From Octopus sinensis (Eukaryota), in the NCBI RefSeq assembly GCF_006345805.1, contig NC_043013.1, positions 16,926,001 to 16,990,000 of the forward strand: a stretch of 64,000 bases of DNA. The letters run 5' to 3'. The translations under genes and the position numbers were made by a program. Within the stretch, counting starts at the first letter, position 1. Each line of letters begins with the position of its first letter. Under the pieces are notes generated by a model that worked only from the letters and a program-made list of their open reading frames with translations, was not told the DNA's origin and ran no database searches. Of the stretch, positions 37,623 through 48,745 are shown piece by piece.

Positions 37623-40320
37623 AGTGTTTTGACTATTTTTTCCCCACTTTTTACGGAACTATTTCTATAGTTATTTATAGGTGTCTGCTGCAGTGCTTCC
37701 GTCATACAATGGAATTTCACTGAAAGAAAATTCTTCCCATAACTATTCACACCAACAGATATAATGTTTGTGTGATAGAGATGAGGTTTATTCAGCCTCT
37801 GGTTACAATACTGAACTGCTACTCCATTCCAACTCCATTCAAAATGCTTTCCTTTTCCAGTTGTTTATTCCATGGCTCCACCAGCTTTTTTTGTCAATTG
37901 TTTTGAACCAGGTATCTGTCATATGCCGGGCAATCATATAAACGTGTGTGCATGTGTGTGTATGCATGCATGTGTCTGTCTGTGGCTGTGTAGTTAAGCG
38001 ATTTGCTTCACTACCATGTGGTTTTGGGTTCAGCCCTACTGTGTGGCACCCAGGACAGGTTTCTACTATAGCCCAAAGCTGACCACAGCCTTGTGAGGTG
38101 ATTTGATAGATGGAAACAGGAAGAAGCCCATCATGTGTGTGTGTGTGTATATATATATACACACACACACATACTATGTATACATACACACACATAACAC
38201 AGATACATACATGTATATTTACATATATCTATACACACAAACACATATTTACATACATATTTTCATACATACATTCAAATACCTAGCTATGCATATATGC
38301 AAAATCACATATATTCACACACACACATACATATATCTACAACTGAATACATACTCATACATACATCCATACAGACTTGTATAAAACACACACTACATAA
38401 TACACACACACACACACAACTACAAATATATATATATATACACATACATACATACACATGCATAATAAAGCAATCATTCACACAAGAAGCCACATATATT
38501 TACATACAGACACACATATCTTCTCACACACTTATACACATAGAAACATATCTACATGCACACACACGCATCTTCACACATACAGATAGCCATAAAACTA
38601 ATGAGTTTTGGTTCATATGGAATCAAAAATAAAGAATTTACGAGGTCAGGAATGTAAATGCTGTTTCCCAAAGGACAATGTTCTGAGAATATTTTAGTTA
38701 GTGGCTGGCATCATTTGAGGCAGATATGGCAAAAAAACTCTTCAGAAATTCCTTCAACACATTACAACTGTAAAAGCATGTACATGGTCATTTTACCTGC
38801 CAGAAGTAGTAGCCAAAGACTCCTTAAACCACATCTTACCATCTTAAAAAATTCCTGGCAAACATTAGATAATGCACTCCTAGACAGGCTGTCTGAAAAT
38901 AAGCGGCAAGATCAAAGCTGGAACATTTCTTTTTTTCTATTTTTCCTCATCATAAGTGTAGGCACATGAATGACTGTGTGATAAGAAACTTGCTTCCCAA
39001 CTACATAGTTCCAGGTTCAGTCCCACTGCATGGCAACTTGACCAAGTATCTTCTGCTATGGGCCTCTGACCAACCAAAGCCATATGAGCAGATTTGGAAG
39101 ACAGAAACTGAAAGAAGCCCATCATACATATATATATATATATAGTGTGTGTGTGTCTGTCTGTATTTCTCCCCACCACCACTTGAAAACCAGTGTTGGT
39201 TTGTTTACATCTCTGTAACTTAGTGGTTCAGCCAAAAAGACCAATGGAATAAATACCACATTTGAAAGAAAAAAAAAGGTATTGGGGCCAATTCGTTCAA
39301 CTAAAGTTTCTTCAATGTGGTGCCCCAGCATGGCCGCGGACTAGTGACTGAAACAAGTAAAAGATGAAACACAGGTCTCCTTAAAGCTCATCTGAGGGGT
39401 TAAATAACCAGTCAAATGACACCATATCACCTTCAAAATCCGTAAGAAACATTAGGCAAAGTAGTCCTAGGTAGACTATGTCAAAATACATAGGATGGCT
39501 ACAGAGTTAGGAAACGTGTTGCCCAACCACATAATTATAGGCTTATTTCCATTGTGCAGTAACTTAGGCAAGTGTTTTCTGCTATAGCCCCAGGCTGACC
39601 AAAGCTTTGTGAGTGGATTTGGTAGACAGAAACTGAAAAGAAGCCCCTCATATATGGAGCCTGGTACACCTCTCCAGCACCAGACAAACCATCTAACCCA
39701 TGCCAGCATGGAAAACAGACATTAAATGATGATGATAATGATACACACACACACACACACGCATGTGTGTATCACATTGATTTGATATCCACCCTTATAC
39801 AAGCAGTGTCCTTCATTTAAAATATTCTGCAGAAACATGTCTGACAATGAAGAAATAAACAGGTGGGGTTTGACAACAGGAAAGGCATCCGGCCGTAGAA
39901 AAACTGCCTCAACAAATTCTTCCCAACCTACGCAAGCATAGAGGAGTGAACATTAAAATGATGATATACATCAGCAAGATGTCACATGAGGTGTTTGCTC
40001 TGCCCAAGTTGCATAGATGCTCCCTTGTTACTCCTGCCCTCAAAAATGCAGTGAAGCAACAATTGGTTTATTGGGAATCCGTAACCAATGACATTGTTGT
40101 TTACAAAATACAATATGCATATATAAGGTGTTAATCTATTAGATAAAAGGGTCATTGGTTCATATTCTACCACTGGCACCAAGTTCAAACCATGAACATG
40201 ATGACTTGTTGAGAAATAGTAACCAAATAAATCCTGACTCCTACCACACCCTTCTGTCCGAAACATGTGAGGAAGGAGGTGTCAAATAAAGTAAGCTTTG
40301 ACAATAATTTAAGTTGGTCA

Positions 40321-40552
40321 AGGCGTTGATCTGGCAGAAACGTTAGCACGATGGTTGAAATGCTTAGTGGTATTTCAGCTGCCGCTACGTTCTGAGTTCA
40401 AATTCCACCGATGTCGACTTTGTCTTTCATCCTTTCGAAGTCGATTAAACAAGTACCAGTTACGCACTGGGGTCAATAAAATCAACTTAATCCATTTGTA
40501 TGTCCTTGTTTGTCCCCTCTGTGTTTAGCCCCTTGTGGGCAGTAAAGAAATA
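40321..40552 (+). mobile_element. OK-like SINE with 18-bp TSD
   Basis: TSD aataatttaagttggtca at 40303-40320 and 40553-40570. Confidence 0.9.
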
Positions 40553-41102
40553 AATAATTTAAGTTGGTCATGGCTGGAATGTCTTTGATAATAGGTTTGT
40601 TTGTTCAGAGTACACTTGAGGTTGAACAACATCAACAGCAGTAATGGTGATGAAGACATCAGTGAAGATTAAGATGATGATGAAAGCAGCAACCAGTCCA
40701 CAGCTGAAGACAGACAGACAGACACAAATGCAAGACACACATATTTGCTTCTTCCTATTTCACACTCACAGAACATATAGACAGACATACACACACACTA
40801 TATATATATATTACACCTTCATTCCAGCAACACAAGTAACCAACAAGTATTCTATTTAAAAACTGTTGAAATCTATAATTTTAACCAAAAAGAATATCAG
40901 AAAGGAAATAAAAGAAACAAAAAAGAAAAAGAAAAAATAGCAGTTTTGTACTTTAAGAGATCGATGTGTTATCTTATCTCTACAGAAAGCTCAAATTAGG
41001 CAGCACCAGTTTTAATCTTGCATTTTCATTTACTGACCTTTCAAGTGCATAAACAAAACTCACTTCACTCACCAACAAAATTACTATGCGTGTATGTATG
41101 TA

Positions 41103-41150
<48 letters not shown>

Positions 41151-41615
41151 TTCTTGGTTCATCTACCATTGGTGTAGCATCTCTCATATTTCTTCCCATG
41201 ACTTTTATCTATGTTCCTGCCAGAAGGCTTCACTTTCACACACGCCAGCTTAATTTAATTCATCCCTAGTCGAAAGACACTTGTTAATGTCCTCTCAATT
41301 GTATTTGTAATTGTGTGTCATTTCTCCATTTTTTTTCATATACATTTGCTTGCTTTCTTCCAAAGAATCTAGTGCCCTTAGCTTAGCTTTCCTTGGGGCC
41401 GACCAGATTAGAGCAGTTTTCATAGAGATCATACCACACATTAGCTCACTCCCACCATCAAGTCAACGGTATGTGAACAGGTGGTCAACTTTGCCTTTCA
41501 TCCCTTCAGGGTTGATAAAATAAAGTACCAGTCAAACTGGGCATGATAGTATCAGCTAATCCCATTACCTCAAAATTTCTGGCTTTGTGCCTAAATCAAA
41601 AGCAATTATTATCAT

Positions 41616-41842
41616 AACGAAAACAATTGCAGCATGGAAGGTGTTTCTAAGCTATTTAAGAAACACACAAAAACCGTTAGATTCACTTCAATATTTAAAT
41701 TTAATTTGTCAAAATATTTTCGTCGCTTTGAGACCGCGACCTGTTCACTGACAAATTAAATTTAAATGTTGAAGTGAATCTAACGGCTTTCGTGTTTCTT
41801 AAATGGCTTATAAACACCTTCCATGCTGCAATTGTTTTCGTT
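41616..41842. repeat. 227-bp foldback (~95-bp arms, 37-nt centre)
   Basis: 41616-41711 is a near-perfect reverse complement of 41749-41842. Confidence 0.9.
41701..41760 (-). ncRNA. Candidate minimal type-I hammerhead-ribozyme-like motif (G3-C8 variant)
   Basis: Minus strand: stem I tttgtca, core GUGAACA, extra G, stem II GUCGC/GCGAC, GAAA, palindromic AUAU, UU, stem I' ugacaaa. Confidence 0.45.
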
Positions 41843-41904
41843 CCAGCACATGATCTCAGATCAGGTCACTTTCTATGCAAGTACATCTCCGTAATAATAA
41901 TAAT

Positions 41905-43880
41905 AATCCTTTCTACTATAGGCACAAGGTCTGAAATTTTGAAGGAGAGTCTAGTCAACTGGTACTCCTTTCATAGACCCCAAAAGAATGAAATGCAAAA
42001 TCAATTCAAACTCAGAACATGCAGATGGTTGGAATGCAGCTAAGCATTTCGTTTGGCATGCCAACAATTCTTAAATAATAATAATGATGATGATGATGCT
42101 GATGATGATATCTATTTTTCCTGGGAAGGGTCCAGGATGAGGGCAACAAAAATATGGTTTACAAGAACACTGCAACAAATATCTTCATTTTTTGTAAAGC
42201 CTCAAAGACAATAAAAGCAACCTACATAAAATGCCATCAGAAAGAATCCAAATATAGAATTAACTTTTGGAAGAAAATGAATTAAAAAGTGAAAATAATT
42301 TGTAAATTTAGATCTAAAATAATTCCTGGGAAAAAATTATTGTAATAAAAATAATATAATTTCATCTATTAGTACAAGGATAGGGGAAAGAGGATGGATG
42401 ACATTATAAGACAAATCACATATATAATTGTTGAGGGAGGTACACTTAGAGTGATAGGAATACAACAAATTGAAAATAATTATTTCTAATTCTGGAACAA
42501 GGTCAGCAGTTATTAGGGGGGGGGCATCACATTGACACCAGTGCTCAGTTGGTACTTATTTTATCAACCCCAAAAGGCAAAATTGACCTCAGTGGAACTT
42601 GAACTCAGAACATAAAGAGCCAGAAGAAATGACACTAACCATTTTATCTGATATGTTAAAGATCCTGCAAGATCAATAATGATAATAATAATTCTTTCTA
42701 CAAAAGGCGCAAGGCACAAAATTTTGAGAGAGAGTGTAAGTCAATTACATCAACCCCAGTACTTGATTGGTACTTATTTCATCAAACCAGAGAAGATTAG
42801 TTAATTCCATTAAACCAATGGACTGGAACTTTTATTTTGATTCAAAAAAAGATAAAAAGCAAAGGTGGCCAATGGTAGGATTTGAACACAAAACACAAAG
42901 GGCCAGAACAAGTGTTGCAAAATAGTTTTTCTCTCACTCTCAGTAATAATAATGGGTTCTGATATAGGTAAAAAGCCAGCAATTTTCAGTACTTAACGTC
43001 AGCAGGATTTGAACTCAGAATGTAAAGAGCAGGAACAAATGTGGTAAGGCATTTTCTCTGCTACTCCAATGATTCTACCAAAGCAGTGTCTTAGTAACAG
43101 TGGTAATCCTTTCTATTACAGGCACAAGATTTGAAATTTGTGGGAAGGGAGCTAATTGATAACCCTGATGTCAGTGGTCAGCTGGTACATATTTCATTGA
43201 CAAGATGGAAGGCGAAGTTATCCTTGGCAGAATTTGAACTCAGAATGGAAAGAGCCAGAAGAAATGCACTAAGCATTTTACCTGTGTTAACAATTCAGCC
43301 AGCTCACTATTTTAATAATATTTTCAAATTTTGGCACAGGGCCAGCAGTTTTTGAGAGGAAGGGTTAAATTGATGACATCAAACCCAGTGCTCAACTGGT
43401 ACTTATTTTGTTCTTATTTTTTTCTTGGCCACAAGGACTGAAGATATTTAGGACATAAGAAGGATTAACATTCAAAAGTGGGGCTTACAATTAGGAATAA
43501 CAAAAGATAAATCATTAAAAAAAAACTCAACAAGAATAAAATTATCTTTAAAAAGATGAAAGGCAAAGTCGACCTCAGTAGAATTCAAACCCAGAATGTA
43601 GAAACAGACAAAATACCTATTTCTTTACTACCCACAAGGGGCTAAACACAGAGAGGACAAATAAGGACAAACGGATTAAGTCGATTATATCGACCCCAGT
43701 GCATAACTGGTACTTATTTAATCGATCCCGAAAGGATGAAAGGCAAAGTCGACCTCGGCGGAATTTGAACTCAGAACGTAGCAGCAGACGAAATACCAAC
43801 AAAGCATTTCGCCTGGCATGCTAACGTTTCTGCCAGCACTTTGCTCCATTGTGCTAATGATTCTGCTAGCTCACTGCCTT
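41905..43880 (-). mobile_element. Cluster of OK-related SINE copies, including a younger copy nested at 43615
   Basis: Multiple co-oriented units. Junction 'gacaaaatac|ctatttctttactaccc'. Confidence 0.75.
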
Positions 43881-44349
43881 ATAATAAACAAATAATTATA
43901 ATTTCTTTTCTTGGCCACAAGGACTGAAGATATTTAGGACATAAGAAGATAAGAAGGACTAACATTCAAAAGTGGGGCTTACAATTATGAATAACAAAAG
44001 GATTAATAGGAACAAAAGATAAATCATTAAAAAAAAAATTCAACAAGAATGTGAAAATTCTTCAATAGAAGGGAAAACCCATTTATGGTAATTTGAGGGG
44101 AAAAACAGAGACAAAAGCCTGGATTATTCTGCCATATATAAGACAACAAAAATGCCCGCATCCAGTTTCTTTCCTCCTACTTACCAGAAAAAGAAGTAAA
44201 AAAGAAGGTATTTCAAAGAAAGATTAGATTTCAAAATTCTGAAGAAAATAAACAGTACTTAGTAATTGTTATTGCAGTGGAATTTTAAATGACAAAAAAT
44301 TAAATTCTTTAAACTATTTATTTTGAAGAAAGCAACTTGAAATATTTAC

Positions 44350-44436
44350 CATTTTTGTAAACGCTTCCTGGCTTTCTTTGAGAATCTTGAGATTTTCTTG
44401 GTGATTTTCTTGTACAATCCATTTAATTCTATCCCA
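44350..44436 (-). other. Putative 87-nt exon with strong splice signals
   Basis: tttttttgtctttttctttccag| ... atg|gtaaat. Frame 0 reads WDRIKWIVQENHQENLKILKESQEAFTKM; frame +1 is also open (GIELNGLYKKITKKISRFSKKARKRLQK). Product not recognised. Confidence 0.5.
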
Positions 44437-47400
44437 CTGGAAAGAAAAAGACAAAAAAAAAACACAGTGAAAGCAAGAGTAAGTTTAAAAGAAGGATGTT
44501 TGATACACACACATATACACACACAATGATTACTTCACATTCAGCTTGATTGCTCTGATTTACTTTCCCCCTTGCATGTACACAGATATGACTTTACATG
44601 TCACCAGACGACCATTTCCATGAGATTTTATAAAACGCAAAATGGATCAAGAAATAAAATTACAGTGGAACCTCTGTATATCACTGAATTTAAATGACAA
44701 CTCTCTTGGCTGTCACAGTAGGCTCCAGTAGAACTTACAATTGCAAGATGACTGGGACTGTTTTGATAGCAAGTTTTATGTCAGAGTATCTTTTTCAAGA
44801 AGAGCTGCCTTCCACATGGCATTGTCAAAAAAAAATAAGAGCCTTCTCTATTCCCAGTAGATCTGTTAAACCCATAGATGAGACCCTGGTAGGTCAGGAT
44901 GGGCCTGGGAGTAATGGTAACTAAGGTGTGATACCATGCTCCTTACAACTCTAGAACTTTCAAACTGGAGTCTGACCACAGGATGCAGTTTAATGTCATA
45001 ACCACACAAATACACTCACACACACACACACACATACATCATCATCATCATCACCAACATCATACTGTTTCAAATTTTGGCACAAGGCCAGCAATTCCAG
45101 GTGAGGGGTAAATCAATTACAATGACTCCAGTACACAACTGGTACTTATTTCATCAAACTCCTGAAAGGATGAAAGGCAAAGTCAACCTCAGTGGAATTT
45201 GAACTCAGAATGTAAAGATGGATGAAATACTTATAAGCATTTTGCCTGGCATGTTAATGATTCTGCCAGCTTGCTGCCTTCATTACCGACATCATATTAA
45301 CATCTAATTTATCATGCTCGCTTAGGTCTGGTGAGGGTATATTAGGACAGAGTCTTCTAGGGCCAGGTGTCCTTCCTGTTGTCAACATCCGCTTGTTTCC
45401 AAGCAAGGCAATAATCTCCCATTTAGGGGATTACAAACAACCTAGATATGTTTATGCAAAGAACTGGAAAAAAGCAATACCCTATGAACTGGCCTTTTGT
45501 TTACAAAGATCATGCAATGCGTTAAGAAATCTGCCCCTGCTTTCAAGGTGGACGGTAAACAAACAACACTGTCAGCAAAGCCATTGTTTACAACCAACAA
45601 GGAAGTACATAGGCAAGAGAAATACAAACTCACTCACACAAACATTCACATAAACACACACACATATGAAAATCATTATGACCATCATGGTCATCCTCAT
45701 TTAAATCCACTTTCTTTAGCTTGCATGGGTCAGATGGAATTTGCTGAGGCAGATTTTCTACAGCCAGAATGGCCTTCCTGTTGCGAACCCTCGCCTGTTT
45801 CCAGTGCATGCATACACACACACACACACACACACTCGCACATGCATGTATGCACACAGATAGCAGGCGTCTTTCAGTTTTCATCAACAAAATCCACTCA
45901 CAAGGATTCAGCCAGTCACAGGCTACAGTTGAAGAACGTGCACAAGATGCCGTGACATGGGACTGAATCTGAAATCACATGGCAGGAAGGCAATTCTTAA
46001 TCACACATCTATGCCTCTCTCTCTCTCTCTCCACATACATACATATGTACTTACATACATATACACAAGCATACACATTCTATACTACTGAATTGCATAA
46101 TTCAGTTAAGTGCATATCTTTTGAAAATATCAAACCATTTAACATCAAATCTATGTAAAATTGACCAGTTAATTACATATGCAAATAAAATAAATTTTGA
46201 CTAATTTTATAGAATTTTTTCTCCCCACAATTTTAGTAAAAAATTGAAAAATTGTGAAATGAATCATGAAATTAAACATTTACTTGATTTGATCTGAATG
46301 AAGATGTTCTTGAAACTTCTATTTTCCAGATGAGTTAAAATGACAGTAATCAGTTGTTGATATTTACCAAAAACCAGTATCAAAAGAATTAAATGTTATT
46401 CTTACCATTTCAATGAAATAAAAAAACTACCAAAATTTAGACTTTGGTGCATTTTTATCTTATTTTTAATTTGTTCATTTACTTAACTTCTGTTTACCCA
46501 TGCTAGTGATGCCTTAGGCAGAAGTTACTTAAAGGAAGACTTTCTAGCTAGGGGCTCTCCCAGTCACCAACCCTTACCTAAGTAAGGGGTGAGTTGAGTA
46601 ACGGTATCATTAAATAAATAAATAAATATTCATTGTAAATAAAAATTGCAAAAATGACTTCAGAATCAAGCAGTGAATGGATGCAGTTTTTTTGACTCCA
46701 TTAGCCTATGATTAACCAAATTCATTTTTTCCATTTCTTAATAGATCTTATGATATTGCTTGTTGTTGTTGTTTGAGTAATTCACATTGTATAATAGTCA
46801 TTACTGGGTCATATGAATCTTGCTAATTCTGAATAAGTGATGGAATTAAAAAGGGTATTGAAAAATCTTACAGGCATTAAGTCAAGTGGTTGCCATGGCA
46901 ATATATATCAATAAAATAAATTGTTTGATCTCAATGAAATATAAATTATCTGTGTACACAAGCTCACAATTATCAGTAGAATAAACACTACCAATCAACA
47001 GTTAACTTTTTTGTGACTATATTTCTAAGTAAAAAGACCAAAAAAGATTGTATTCTTGTTTTACAATATATAATTCTGTTTGATATAAACACAATACTTT
47101 AATGCTGACAATATATTGAAATCTCATAATATGGTCTATGATGTTGATTTGGTTATTTGTATAAAAATTTCAACCACCAAGAGTATGTAATTCATTGTAA
47201 CCAATTTTCTACAGCTTTGTTCTCTTTCAGTCACCATCACTTGTTTCCCAATAAGGCAAATATTTCAGCCACTCCTTCAAATTACAGACATCACAATGAC
47301 CAGACAGGTTTTCATGGAAGATTGCAAGAAAGAAATGCTGCTTCTGTAACAGCTGTTTACATTTTGCGCCTAATGTCAAAACAAAGAGACATAAAGACAC

Positions 47401-48022
47401 ACACACACAAGTGATGGGCTTCTTTCAGTTTCCAGTTCCCAAATCCACTCATGAAGTTTAGGATGGCCTGGACCAATGAAGACATTTGCCAAAGGTGCCA
47501 TGCAGTGGGACTGAACTCCAAACCAAGTTGTTGCAAAATTAGCTTCTTAACCACAACCGTGTTTGCATCTCTTATTATAAAAGGCAGATTTTATCTGCCT
47601 CCCTTTGGGAGTTATAGAAATCTACAATATAGGATTTCTTCAATTACAATTTACCTAGCATTTTTAAGAGTACAATGCATCGCGTCATGCCAGGTCCAGT
47701 TTTTAAAATTTAAACTCCAATTAAGCAAAATTTACAGAAAACTCACATTCTGGTGTGTGTGTCAAATGCTTTTCTTAGTCTGGTTTACACCACACGCAAA
47801 CGCACACACACAGTGTGCAACCAATAAAGTGAAACTAGATGTAATATTTGTTTCTGTCTATCACGCTGATAGATACATGAGTAAAATGTATGGGAAGCTA
47901 ACAGATAAGAGTGAGTGAAAATGTTCTTGGAAGAGAGTAAATTAGCAACAGAGAGATTTGAGGAAGACTAAACTGAAAGTATGAAACAGTGTTTATGTAT
48001 AAACAGACGACACTTATATAAA

Positions 48023-48348
48023 CCCTTTCGTTACCAAACCGCCCGAATTTACCTATTCATATTTAAATGAGAATATCAGAGTAAATCTCTTTAGTACATT
48101 CGTGAAAACACGTATTATACTTCGTAAACACTTCAAATACAGTTTTGTACAAAAATCGAAGTGTAATTTTAATTCCGTGAATTATGGGAGATTTTTTTCC
48201 GAAATTTGTTCCTATTGTGTTTTCAAAATTTGTAATTCTGACAAAAAATGGATACGAATTTCATTATATCAAGCAGCGAGTCAGAATTCGAAGGATTTTC
48301 TACTGAAGACCTTCATAAATCTAACTCTATGACTGAAAAAAAAAACCA
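48023..48348 (+). mobile_element. piggyBac-like left end, truncated by a Helitron
   Basis: Begins with the same TIR ccctttcgttac. Short acidic start MDTNFIISSSESEFEGFSTEDL resembles piggyBac transposase N-termini. Confidence 0.45.
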
Positions 48349-48745
48349 TCTTTATATAAGAGTGAAGTTGTGTGTCTGTCCCCTTCGATTTAGATTCGTA
48401 ACTACTCCCACATTTTGCGGTGCAGTTTAACCAAAAGCGGGTATCTTATAGTCGTGATTCATATCGAGCCCTTCTGGGTATTAGCACGCGTCTACGATGA
48501 GTCTACGATTTAAAAAAAATTTACCATCATATTTTTCCATTTTAATGCATTTTTTTTCGCTTTTATATAAGGGAAGTAACTCTCTAAAAATATCTACGAT
48601 GTGTCAACGATTTAAAAAAAAAATTTACCTTAATTTTTTTTCAATTTTTAATGCATTTTTTTGCTATTTTTTGGCTATAACTCTCTAAAAATGCTTATAT
48701 AGTTATTTCCCTTACAACCCGAGCAACGCCGGGCGATACTGCTAG
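48349..48745 (+). mobile_element. Non-autonomous Helitron
   Basis: A|TC 5' end and CTAG|T 3' end. Subterminal hairpin cccgagcaacgccggg at 48718-48733. No TSD. Internal ~100-bp tandem duplication. Confidence 0.85.

Noticed and set aside
37054-37750. 181-186 aa Ser/Leu/Phe-rich ORFs
   Set aside because: Mostly translation of the polypyrimidine strand of a GA-rich tract; no recognisable domain.
47230-47335. Minus-strand exon candidate KQHFFLAIFHENLSGHCDVCNLKEWLKYLPYWETSD
   Set aside because: Weak acceptor, and its phase-1 end is incompatible with the open frames of the 44436 exon.
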